Assembly: GCA_965248055.1 (NCBI GenBank)
Contig: CBDFIJ010000004.1
Location: 2,560,001-2,624,000, forward strand
Length of the DNA: 64,000 nt
Source: Candidatus Multivoradales bacterium
Lineage (GTDB): Bacteria > Acidobacteriota > Thermoanaerobaculia > Multivoradales > JAHEKO01
Direction: 5' to 3'
Below, piece by piece: positions 18,347 to 27,339 of this stretch. The notes beneath the pieces are model-generated. The model ran no database searches, was not told the DNA's origin, and was given only the letters and a program-made list of their open reading frames with translations. Made by a program: the position numbers and the translations under genes. Every line of letters starts with the position of its first letter. Position 1 is the first letter of the stretch.

Positions 18347-18359
18347 TAACTAATTGATA
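18347..18359. promoter_or_regulatory. IHF-like binding site
   Basis: taactaattgata matches YAANNNNTTGATW. Confidence 0.45.
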
Positions 18360-18383
18360 CTAAATGAGTTAGGGAGTCTTGTG

Positions 18384-18793
18384 TTACCCCAAACACCCCT
18401 CTGTTCTAGGTTTGTAGGGGTAAGGAGAGGAGATAAGTTGCCTACTACCAATACATTAAGGAGTCTCTCGGGTCGTCGGACTAGCGTCCGACTCCCGGTC
18501 TCTCTCCTCAGCAAACAAATGCGCACTTCGGAAAGTTGATTTCGTCGAAAGCCCGGGAGTCGGACGCACGACGTTCCAACCACCGGCGGACCGGTGGGGA
18601 ACCTCGGCTACCGACGACCCGAGAGACGAAACTACGTTAATAGCAAGATGCTGAGGAGGTCTTCCGCCGTCCCCCTTGACGGAATCCCGAGTACGGGATG
18701 CACGTATTTACCTGTCGCTTCACTCTCTCGTCCCCGCAACCCCACTGAACAGGTAAGGGTTGCGGATAACTCGATTCGCTCAAGCGACAGGTA
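18384..18793. other. Highly structured non-coding region (nested perfect inverted repeats)
   Basis: Perfect stems 18463-79/18611-27, 18484-98/18553-67, 18580-86/18591-97, 18709-20/18782-93, 18734-42/18757-65, plus smaller hairpins. Confidence 0.85.
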
Positions 18794-18844
18794 GCCGCAG
18801 CTCAAGGTCGAATGTTATTAGCAAGATAGCAAACCTCAGTATGT

Positions 18845-19018
18845 ATGGATTACCTCGAAATGACTGAACTACAGTTGCGCGAGTTGCTTGAAAACGCCAA
18901 CAGCGATGACGTTGTTGACTTTGTCTCAGGCGAGCTTCGTCAGTCGTACGCAAACGGTGCGCGTATGCGTGATGGCAAGCGTGGGCGTGCACGGCATCGC
19001 ACCTCGCAACCCGCATAG
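18845..19018 (+). CDS. Small hypothetical protein (57 aa, absent from the ORF track)
   Basis: MDYLEMTELQLRELLENANSDDVVDFVSGELRQSYANGARMRDGKRGRARHRTSQPA; amphipathic helical pattern. Confidence 0.5.
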   Translation: MDYLEMTELQLRELLENANSDDVVDFVSGELRQSYANGARMRDGKRGRARHRTSQPA

Positions 19019-19153
19019 GCGGGCATGGCAACCTCCATTCGTGGGGGTTGTCTGCGGCTCCCCACCCACCCGGACGGCGGATATCAAGACGGAAGTGTCG
19101 ACAAGACACAGAGGGGTGCGGCATACTCGGCTACGTTCCGCAAAGGAGTTCGC

Positions 19154-20425
19154 ATGTATCGATCGAGGTGTGTTCGTTTTTGGGTGTTTTTCGCCGCGCT
19201 GTGGGTTGCGCTGTCGACATCGAGTAGTGCGCAGACACTCAAGAAGCTCAATCCGTTTGCTGATGTTCCGAAAGTCCATGTGACGCTCGAACACCCACCC
19301 CAGCTTTCACTTGAAATCGAGCGGGTGGCGTTCGCCACCGCTGAAGGAGAGTGCGCCGACGATTTTGTCGACGCCCTAATCTCCGACTTCGTGAGCAACG
19401 GTGTCGAAGTTATCGACCGGGCACACCTTGAGGCGTTACTGGCTGAGCACGAGTTCAGCCTCAGTGGTGTGGTTGATCGTGAGAGTGCATTGGAGCTTGG
19501 CAGGATTCTCGGCCCCACCACGCTCATCTTCGTCAAGATTCGACGGTGCACCACTGAGAAACAATCGCAGAACAACCACCGAACCACGTATACCGGGCGA
19601 GCCGTCTACGAATACATCTCCAAGACCATCGGGTACGTCAAAGGGTCGATTCAAATCGTTGATCTCGCCACTGCACGGATTCACTCAGCCCGTACCGTTG
19701 ATCAGACGGTACAACGACAGAATACAAGCTCAGGCGGCCAACCAGCTCATCCATCGGCGTACGACACTATCGATGCTGCTCTGCAGCAGGCCACCGGACG
19801 GGTGCATCGACTCTTTTTTCCATGGGTGGAGACCGAGTGGTTTCCATACTTCGATGACAAAGACTGCAATCTCAAGCTCGCCTACAACCTCATTCGCGCC
19901 AATGACATGTCAGCGGCTATCGAACAATCCGAAACGAACCTTCAAGCGTGCCAGGCCTTTCGAGAAAAAAAGCCCAAGCTCGTTGCCCGTGCTTACTACA
20001 ACCTTGGTGTCGTTCGTTGTCTAGCCGACCAATTCGATGAGGGGATTGAAGCACTCAATGAATCGCTTCAGCTACGACCCAACGAAATCACTTCATCGGC
20101 GCTTGCCACCTGCCGGAACAACTGGAAGGCTGCCGAACAGATGGCGACGTTTGATGCTGAGGCCACAGCCGAGGCGGTCGAACTTGAAAAGGCTGCCGAG
20201 GAAGACCCGAGCGAAGAGCTGGCGAAACTTGAAAAGCTCCGCGCACGAGACCTCATTACTCAAGACATTTATGCCAAGAAGGTTGGAGCCATTATTTCGC
20301 GCTCTGGCCCACCCGGCGAAACACCGGAGGATCAGCTAGCGAGTCTTAAGAAACTCCTCGGCATAGGTTTGATCTCTGAGGAGCTTTACGAGCGCAAGGT
20401 TTCAAAAATATTGTCGGATCTCTAG
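19154..20425 (+). CDS. Secreted CsgG/HfaB-like domain + TPR + SHOCT-like C-terminal repeats
   Basis: RBS aaggag, signal peptide; VIDRAHLEALLAEH..LGRILG; ARAYYNLG TPR; LEKLRARDLITQD and LKKLLGIGLISEELY. Confidence 0.75.
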   Translation: MYRSRCVRFWVFFAALWVALSTSSSAQTLKKLNPFADVPKVHVTLEHPPQLSLEIERVAFATAEGECADDFVDALISDFVSNGVEVIDRAHLEALLAEHEFSLSGVVDRESALELGRILGPTTLIFVKIRRCTTEKQSQNNHRTTYTGRAVYEYISKTIGYVKGSIQIVDLATARIHSARTVDQTVQRQNTSSGGQPAHPSAYDTIDAALQQATGRVHRLFFPWVETEWFPYFDDKDCNLKLAYNLIRANDMSAAIEQSETNLQACQAFREKKPKLVARAYYNLGVVRCLADQFDEGIEALNESLQLRPNEITSSALATCRNNWKAAEQMATFDAEATAEAVELEKAAEEDPSEELAKLEKLRARDLITQDIYAKKVGAIISRSGPPGETPEDQLASLKKLLGIGLISEELYERKVSKILSDL

Positions 20426-21372
20426 GAGCTCAGGCGTCGAACAAGCCCCTGCTCCACGAGTGCTTCGACCAAACGTGTCTCTGCGGCCGTGCGAGCTTGA
20501 GTCTCGTCAAACCCCGCGCCAGTTTCGGTTACCTGCGGCATCGTTATTGCCTGACCAGACGGCAAGCTGATGATGTGGACTGTGGCGTAACCTTTGACGT
20601 TGACCGTGTTACCGACGCCGGTCTCCTTAGCTTGGTCGAAGCGTGTTCGTCCGAGCACCATTGTGCCGGATACTGAGGTGAGACCAAGTCGTCGGAGGGT
20701 ATTGGCGTTGCCAGCAGATAGCTCAGAGAACATGGCGTTTTCAAACACTGCGGTTGTAAGTGCACTTGCGTTGACGTTGTAGCCATGCCCTCGGAGCTTT
20801 TGTGCAAGTCGGCTTTCAACCGCACCGTCAACCTTGAGCAGTACTACACTCGATGGACTTGTTGCCAGAGCAGCGCTGCGGACATAGCGATCACGAAACG
20901 CAGCTTCTGCGTGACGTGCGGATGCAGCTTCAGCAGCCTGTCGTCGCTGCCGCTCGGCTTGCGCTTTGGCTGCGATAGCCGCATCGGTATCCGCGACGCG
21001 TCCCGCTTCAGCATCCCGAATGGCTTCGACAATAGCCTGGGTGATGGGTTCACACGCTTTGCCTGTCCGCGGACTGACCAACACATCACCGCTGTACAGC
21101 TCGACATCTCCCGCAGGGTCACCGCAATACCGCACAAGGGCGGCCCCAGTGATGGGATCAAAGAGCGCGGGTGCGTCGTCAAGTGAGTGGTACGACTGCT
21201 TCAGGCTCACCGTAGGCAACTGTGCCTCGGCACTGCCAGCAAACCACGTCATGTGCACGCCGAGCACAATGGGTATGCCGACCAAGGCGAGTAGCAAGAG
21301 CGCCACGCTCCAGCGACCCACTCCGAGCACCTCGCGCTCGCGTTCGAGAATTTCAGTTTTGAGCAAATCCAC
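20422..21372 (-). CDS. Membrane-anchored hypothetical protein with possible CsgG/FlgT-like C-terminal fold
   Basis: N-terminal TM, FDPITG..SPRTG motif, Ala-rich linker, alpha/beta C-terminal domain. Confidence 0.65.
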   Translation of the reverse strand: MDLLKTEILEREREVLGVGRWSVALLLLALVGIPIVLGVHMTWFAGSAEAQLPTVSLKQSYHSLDDAPALFDPITGAALVRYCGDPAGDVELYSGDVLVSPRTGKACEPITQAIVEAIRDAEAGRVADTDAAIAAKAQAERQRRQAAEAASARHAEAAFRDRYVRSAALATSPSSVVLLKVDGAVESRLAQKLRGHGYNVNASALTTAVFENAMFSELSAGNANTLRRLGLTSVSGTMVLGRTRFDQAKETGVGNTVNVKGYATVHIISLPSGQAITMPQVTETGAGFDETQARTAAETRLVEALVEQGLVRRLSS

Positions 21373-21463
21373 TTTCGATCAAGTTACCACAACACGAGTA
21401 GTCAGAACGGTATACTGCGTCGAACGCTTTAATTGCTGCGTGCGCGATATGAAGGAGGAGTAG

Positions 21464-22474
21464 GTGTCGATGCATTCTCGAAAGATGTTTCTTGCAACGC
21501 TCATCGGTTGGGCGTTACTCGCTTTTGCTCCTGTCGTTTTTCGGGGCTTTGTGCTGTTCCTCAGCACGTTCTTTCAGCAGATATCTCCGCTTATTATCGG
21601 CATTGCTGCCGTTGGATTCGGCCTCTGGTGTCTCTACGTTGGCTCGCCGCCCCTCACAACCCGGGTTGCACAGCTCTTAGAGGAACATACGCCAATGGCA
21701 GGTGCATTTGCCCTTTCCGGAAAAATCGTGCGGGGTGCGATCGCGATCCTCTTGCCCGCGATCGTGTACGCGAGCTTCATGGTATTACGCACCGGCACCG
21801 GAGCAACGTGGCTCGTACTTGTTGCCTACGGCCTACTGGTTGCGCTTCTTTGGCCGCTTGCCGTTCGGAGCCTTCGACTCGCCAATCTCAACCTCACTAC
21901 CTATCCCGAGGACGAAGTGCGGAAGTCTCTTGTTCAAACCGGCGGGTTGAGCACGGTTGCAAGAGAGAAGTTTCAGGAGGCCACAGAAGCGATCCATCAG
22001 CTGACCGAACCTGACGTACGACGAATACGCTTGCGGCGGATGGCGAGCTTGGCGCAGGTACTCAAGAACAGAAACCTCGATCCTCGACGGGAAGAACAAG
22101 AGACGCTTTCGGACGCAACTGTGTCCGCGCTTGATCGAGACATAGGGGTCAAGACCAAAACCCACGAGTACGACCGGCTCGATTTGGAAGACCTTGCATC
22201 TAGGTCGACCATCCGTGCTGACATCGCAGGTGAAGATGCTCGTGCACGGTCGTATGAGCAGAAAGCGCCGCGCAAGCCTCAAACCGCCTATGAGCAAGCG
22301 AATGAGCGTATTGGACGAGGTATGGGCGCCGATGAAGCAAGACGGCGGGTCGAGGAAGAAGGGATTGCAAAGTACGACCTAGCGCTTGCAAACGGAGAGA
22401 TTGACCAGGACGAATACGACCGTCTTGTGAGCAAGCTCAAAGAACTATTACGTCGCTGGCTTGAGGAACAATAG
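21464..22474 (+). CDS. Hypothetical membrane protein (4 TM plus charged coiled tail)
   Basis: RBS aaggaggag; directly upstream of the coupling protein gene. Confidence 0.7.
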   Translation: MSMHSRKMFLATLIGWALLAFAPVVFRGFVLFLSTFFQQISPLIIGIAAVGFGLWCLYVGSPPLTTRVAQLLEEHTPMAGAFALSGKIVRGAIAILLPAIVYASFMVLRTGTGATWLVLVAYGLLVALLWPLAVRSLRLANLNLTTYPEDEVRKSLVQTGGLSTVAREKFQEATEAIHQLTEPDVRRIRLRRMASLAQVLKNRNLDPRREEQETLSDATVSALDRDIGVKTKTHEYDRLDLEDLASRSTIRADIAGEDARARSYEQKAPRKPQTAYEQANERIGRGMGADEARRRVEEEGIAKYDLALANGEIDQDEYDRLVSKLKELLRRWLEEQ

Positions 22475-22483
22475 CGAGTAGCA

Positions 22484-24193
22484 ATGGCTCGCCGAAAACT
22501 GTCACGCGCGGAGCTGCGCAAGCGTCTGTGGATCGGCACGGCGCTTGAGGATTCCTCTCGTGTCTTTTTTCCTCCCAAGAGCCGTCAATTTCATCTCCAC
22601 GTACTCGGGCAATTCGGGCTTGGCAAGAGCAAGTTTCTCGAGCACCTCATTCGCCAGGACATCTTGAACAATGAGGGGTTATGTCTCATCGACCCGCACG
22701 GCTCGCTCTACGACGCCATCGTCACCTGGTGTGCTGACAAGCAGCTCTTTGATTCTCGACCCATTACCTTGTTTGAACCCGCGGCTGACGCTTGGACATT
22801 TGCCTTCAATCCTCTTGATTTCAAAAGCTACCCGCCTGACCGAGTCGCTGACGCAGTCGACACGATGGTTAAAGCGTGCGCGCAGGTGTGGGGTGGCGAG
22901 GATATGACACGGACTCCGCGCCTGACGCGTTTTCTCACATCGTGCTTTCACCTGTTGGGGGAGCATGGTCTCACGTTGCGAGAGGCGCTCGATTTGTGCA
23001 CGCGGGGAGAACTCCAACAACACCTCACAAGAACCATTCATGACGACGTGTTGCAGTCCGAGTGGCAGTACTACCGAAATCTTTCTGAGGCAAACTTCGT
23101 TGAGCAAACGGAGAGTACGTTGAACCGACTATCAGCGTTTCTCAGGCATCCCATGATGCGGAGAGCCATCGGACAATCGGAAGACACCATCAACCTCCGC
23201 GAGGCGATGGATGACGGGCAGGTCGTGCTTGTTAATTTGGCAGGCTTGTCGTCCGAAAACGCCCGCCTGATGGGGTCACTCCTTATCAGCGACCTTTACG
23301 CCAAAGCCCGACTTCGAACCCCTGACAAGAGTCGACCGTTTTACCTCTATGTCGATGAGTGCTACCAGTTTTTCAACGATGACATTGAGCGCATCGTCAC
23401 CGGAATGCGTAAGTTTGGTCTCCACACAACGCTTGCCCATCAAAACCTCGGCCAGCTCCGGCAGTTTGGTGGTGACGCGGTCTTTAGTGCGGTCAATCAG
23501 ATTCCCAACAAAGTCGTGTTCGGAGGGTTACCTGTTGAAGACGTGGAGTACATGGCTCGGTCGCTGTACTTAGGGGAGATCGACTATGAGGAGGCAAAGC
23601 ATTCACTCGACAAGCCAACCGTCACTCGCTACGTCCGCAGTTGGCTTCAGAATCGTTCTGAGAGTGAAAGTATTGCTCATGGAACTAGTCACCAAGCTAC
23701 CGACTCGGAGAATACGAGCGAGACGGCGAGTGCGACAGTCGACGCAGATGGTGCTGGGGTCTCCGCTACCGTGGGTTCGTCCACGACGCATGGCCATTCG
23801 GAGACTTCTGGCACGAGTACGACACACACGCACGGAAGCTCACGTGGGATGAGCGAAACCTTTGAGCCCGAGCTGGCTTGGATGACCACAGCTGTGCATT
23901 CGCTTGAAGAGCAAATACATCGCCATATGGCGGTGATGGCGGGACAGCCCGAACGTGCAGCCATCATCAAGCTGTTCAACGAGCCGCCACGTCAGGTGAA
24001 GACTCCGTTTGTACACGAGGCGATGATTGGGGAGGACTACGTTGACGCTCGGAAGGAGAAAGTTTTTGCGGCTACTCCGTATGCCCTACCCGTTGAAGAA
24101 GCAGAGAAACGGATACGCGATCGCCGCACGCGCCTATTGAAAGAAGCAAAGCAAGCCGTCAAAGACATGGAACCTGACGACTTCCTGGAGTAG
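22484..24193 (+). CDS. VirD4/TraD-like coupling ATPase
   Basis: HLHVLGQFGLGKS (Walker A), LIDPHG, YLYVDE (Walker B), RKFGL..AHQNLGQL; Ser/Thr-rich insert. Confidence 0.85.
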   Translation: MARRKLSRAELRKRLWIGTALEDSSRVFFPPKSRQFHLHVLGQFGLGKSKFLEHLIRQDILNNEGLCLIDPHGSLYDAIVTWCADKQLFDSRPITLFEPAADAWTFAFNPLDFKSYPPDRVADAVDTMVKACAQVWGGEDMTRTPRLTRFLTSCFHLLGEHGLTLREALDLCTRGELQQHLTRTIHDDVLQSEWQYYRNLSEANFVEQTESTLNRLSAFLRHPMMRRAIGQSEDTINLREAMDDGQVVLVNLAGLSSENARLMGSLLISDLYAKARLRTPDKSRPFYLYVDECYQFFNDDIERIVTGMRKFGLHTTLAHQNLGQLRQFGGDAVFSAVNQIPNKVVFGGLPVEDVEYMARSLYLGEIDYEEAKHSLDKPTVTRYVRSWLQNRSESESIAHGTSHQATDSENTSETASATVDADGAGVSATVGSSTTHGHSETSGTSTTHTHGSSRGMSETFEPELAWMTTAVHSLEEQIHRHMAVMAGQPERAAIIKLFNEPPRQVKTPFVHEAMIGEDYVDARKEKVFAATPYALPVEEAEKRIRDRRTRLLKEAKQAVKDMEPDDFLE

Positions 24194-24202
24194 CGACAAG
24201 TA

Positions 24203-25132
24203 GTGGAGAAGCGCAGACCACGGTTCAAGCGGACGAAGGTTCCTTCGTTTCGGATAACCGCCCGTGATCTTGCCATCGTCGAGCATGTGCATTCCTACCG
24301 GCTGCTTGACTCCAACCACATCGTCTCGCTCGTAGGTGACGGTAGCCCGCAGCAGATTAGACGGCGCTTGCAGCTCCTGTACCACGCTCGCTATCTCGAT
24401 CGACCACGAGTCCAGATTGCCGACTTTTACCGGCAGCCTGGCACCGTCCCTATGGTTTACGGGCTTGGGGATAAAGGAGCGGATCTCCTTGCTGAGCATG
24501 CGAGCGTCACGCGGTCAGACGTTAGCTGGACAGCCAAGAATCGAGCCATACGGTCTCGGTTCTTCCACCATACGCTCATGGTCTCCTCAATCATGGTTGC
24601 CTTTGCCATCGCGTGCAGACGCGCAGGAAATGTCCGGCTCATTCCGTGGGAGGAGATTCTCAGAGAAAAATGTCCACAGGAAACCCAAGCCGCCAGACAC
24701 CCCAAGACCTGGCGCGTGCATATCGAGCAGCACGGTTCTCTGGGGATTACGCCAGATGCCATCTTTGGCCTCCACTACCTCGACCAGCCGGATGGCAAGA
24801 ATAAGGCGTTCTTCTTTCTCGAAGCAGATCGCGGCACCATGCCTGTGTTTCGCAAGAGTCTCAAGACCACCTCTTTCTATCGCAAGCTCGCCATCTACCA
24901 CGCCACCCATGCGCAGGGTGTACACACCAAACAATTCGGCATCAAGACCTTTCGGGTACTAACTGTGACTACGGGTGCGAAGAGAATCAGGTCAATAGTT
25001 ACTGCAGTGCAACGGCTTCAGGGATTGCAGGGATTGTTTCTGTTTGCCGCAGAAGGCGCGGTTACTCGGGGCGATCCGCTGGCGACGGGGTGGAGGAATG
25101 GGCGGGAAATAGGGGTCGAGTTAGAGAGTTAA
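24203..25132 (+). CDS. Replication-relaxation family protein (Replic_Relax)
   Basis: N-terminal wHTH (RRRLQLLY..YLDR), HHTLMV, TPDAIF, FLEADRGT, RKLAIY, FRVLTVT. Confidence 0.85.
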   Translation: MEKRRPRFKRTKVPSFRITARDLAIVEHVHSYRLLDSNHIVSLVGDGSPQQIRRRLQLLYHARYLDRPRVQIADFYRQPGTVPMVYGLGDKGADLLAEHASVTRSDVSWTAKNRAIRSRFFHHTLMVSSIMVAFAIACRRAGNVRLIPWEEILREKCPQETQAARHPKTWRVHIEQHGSLGITPDAIFGLHYLDQPDGKNKAFFFLEADRGTMPVFRKSLKTTSFYRKLAIYHATHAQGVHTKQFGIKTFRVLTVTTGAKRIRSIVTAVQRLQGLQGLFLFAAEGAVTRGDPLATGWRNGREIGVELES

Positions 25133-25666
25133 CCAGCGTGCAACCTCATTTTGAACCAGAGCCGCAGCAACGGATGTTTCGGGCCAACCCTGCGAGCCAC
25201 CAGCCAAAGTACTACGACGGGCCGTATGCAAAGCAGTCAAGTCGAATGCGAGTTTGCGACGAGTAACAACGCTGGTACTCGCTCTACTGGACCAAGAATT
25301 CCTGCGAAGATGTACTGCAGTTGTCCGCCAGCAAACTCCGGCGAGAAACGACACTATTACTCATTGTTGCCTCCGTTCTTCTTGGTGCGAGTCTCGGGCT
25401 CGCAGTTCTGCCAACTGCGCGTACTCGCGACAGATCTCAATAACAACCTGTTTTCGACCAAGTCGCTCTCGGATCCCACCGTCGTACCCTTTCCTTCGAA
25501 CGGGTCAACGACACCACGTACGCATTTGTAATGCTTGACTCATTTACTTAGTCGTGGTGCAACTCGTTTGTCACTTGACAGAGCAACTCATTATGCTAGT
25601 CTCCATGTAGAAATCTTGTCAGTTAAAGCTTGAGCGCCACATGCATTCTGCATGTTAGGCGCTTTT

Positions 25667-27271
25667 TTATGTCCGTCTGTGAGTCCATCGATCTGTCGGA
25701 ATCAGACGAGTCAACGATCCAGCAAGTGCTTGTGATTCACCATCTCCATCCAAGAAGCCAACCAGCTTGAAAGCAAGGTCTTTGCTCTCCCCGTCGAGGG
25801 AGGCTAATTGCGACGCCCACGAGGAACTGACTGCTGTCCACGTCTCTTCCCTGTTCTCAAAATCAGGGACATCGCTCAACCCACGCCACAACGCTTCAGC
25901 TTCCTTACCAAGATCTTGCGGATCATCACCTCCACCAAGTCGAGCGAGAAGGCGAAAAACGGCGCCAAAAATGCGGCTAGGAAGGCTCTCTATTCGAAGC
26001 AGACTTACTGTCGCTTTTTGGAGCTCGTTCCATTTTCCTAGCGAGCCGAGTATCACGCAATAAACAATCCAGTTTTGAGAATATCCTGGGGCTTGTGCGC
26101 ATAGTTTGCGTGCGAGCCCCAATGCTTGATCGAGCCGACCCCCAAGTATGTCGATACGTACGGCCATTGCCATAATTTTGATGGTGCTTCGCCGGGCGAG
26201 GCTTCGCTCCAATCCTTCGCGAAGGGAAGCAACTTCATCTTGGTCGATCGGAGCTCGCACAGACCTCTTAAGCACCCATCTCGCCCTCACAACAAGAGCC
26301 GAATCGTGTAAATGAAGCGGTCCATAGGACTCGACCCAAGCGAGATTGTCTTCCATTTCGTTCTCGATCGCCGAATCACCGTCGGGTGCATTCATTAGGT
26401 AGTTGGCCAATCCCAAGCGAACCCGGACAGCCTTTGGATTGGCAGCTACAAAGTTTCTTGCCAGACCAATGGCCTCTTCAGATAGGCCCCCAGAGTAAAA
26501 AGCGTTAGCTAGTTCCAGCGCTACATTGAAGTCATTCGGCCTGTTGTTACTTATCTGCTTGAGTAATTCGATGCCCTCGGCTCTTCGCCTATTTGTACGA
26601 ACCAAAGCCTTGGCCAGACGGAATTGAATAACGGACTCCTTCTTGACTTCCCACGCTCGCTCGTACAACTCTGCAGCCCTGTGCGACTGTACTGGTCTCG
26701 CCCACATACACAGATCGGCTGCGACAAGCAACACATCCGAATTGTGGGGGTCGTTTTTTAGAACACGGTCGAGAATTTCAAGTGCTTCTTGAGGAGCTTT
26801 TTCCCCGCGACGAGCCCTACCAGCAAGAGACTGGCCAAGGATGAACTGCGCTGCCTTGTTGTTAGGTTGGACAGATAGAACGTTCCGGGACAAATGCTCC
26901 GCATCTCGATAGTTGTCCTGAGCCAAGGCAAGCTGAGCGTGAACGACACTGTCTTTTTCTGCGATCGTCTTTCTCAGCTGGATGAGTTCTGCTTTCACAT
27001 CGATAAGTCCTGCATGAGCATCACCAGCCTGTGAAATCGTACTCTGCAGGTCATCCCCAACCGTCATACCTTCAGAAGTCGCACCTTCAAGTCGAAAGAT
27101 AAGGACTATGAGTAGAATTCCTAGAGCAAAGTTCCCAACGACCTCAGTGATTGACTCTCCTCCCGGTACTAGCGCTGCGACAGCAGGTACCTTCGAGATG
27201 AGGTAGACGGCAAGGAGAACAAACTTTGCGAAATACCTTTTACCTACTGAACTTCCCATTGACTCCTCCAT
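25667..27271 (-). CDS. TPR-repeat protein with N-terminal TM helices
   Basis: Two hydrophobic helices, a coiled segment, then multiple TPR-like repeats (LSVQPNN, LKNDPHN, NNRPND, AANPKA). Confidence 0.75.
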   Translation of the reverse strand: MEESMGSSVGKRYFAKFVLLAVYLISKVPAVAALVPGGESITEVVGNFALGILLIVLIFRLEGATSEGMTVGDDLQSTISQAGDAHAGLIDVKAELIQLRKTIAEKDSVVHAQLALAQDNYRDAEHLSRNVLSVQPNNKAAQFILGQSLAGRARRGEKAPQEALEILDRVLKNDPHNSDVLLVAADLCMWARPVQSHRAAELYERAWEVKKESVIQFRLAKALVRTNRRRAEGIELLKQISNNRPNDFNVALELANAFYSGGLSEEAIGLARNFVAANPKAVRVRLGLANYLMNAPDGDSAIENEMEDNLAWVESYGPLHLHDSALVVRARWVLKRSVRAPIDQDEVASLREGLERSLARRSTIKIMAMAVRIDILGGRLDQALGLARKLCAQAPGYSQNWIVYCVILGSLGKWNELQKATVSLLRIESLPSRIFGAVFRLLARLGGGDDPQDLGKEAEALWRGLSDVPDFENREETWTAVSSSWASQLASLDGESKDLAFKLVGFLDGDGESQALAGSLTRLIPTDRWTHRRT

Positions 27272-27339
27272 GGATCCACCTACTATTTTCTTAGACGATA
27301 GCAGAACAAAGTGTCAACAGGCTAGTTGAATCTGACTCC

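Noticed and set aside
18463-18627. Retron msr-msd (outer inverted repeat enclosing stem-loops)
   Set aside because: No reverse transcriptase (YADD/LPQG motifs) is seen anywhere in the window
25121-25560. Short overlapping ORFs between Replic_Relax and the TPR gene
   Set aside because: No recognisable motif in any frame; could not choose a real gene
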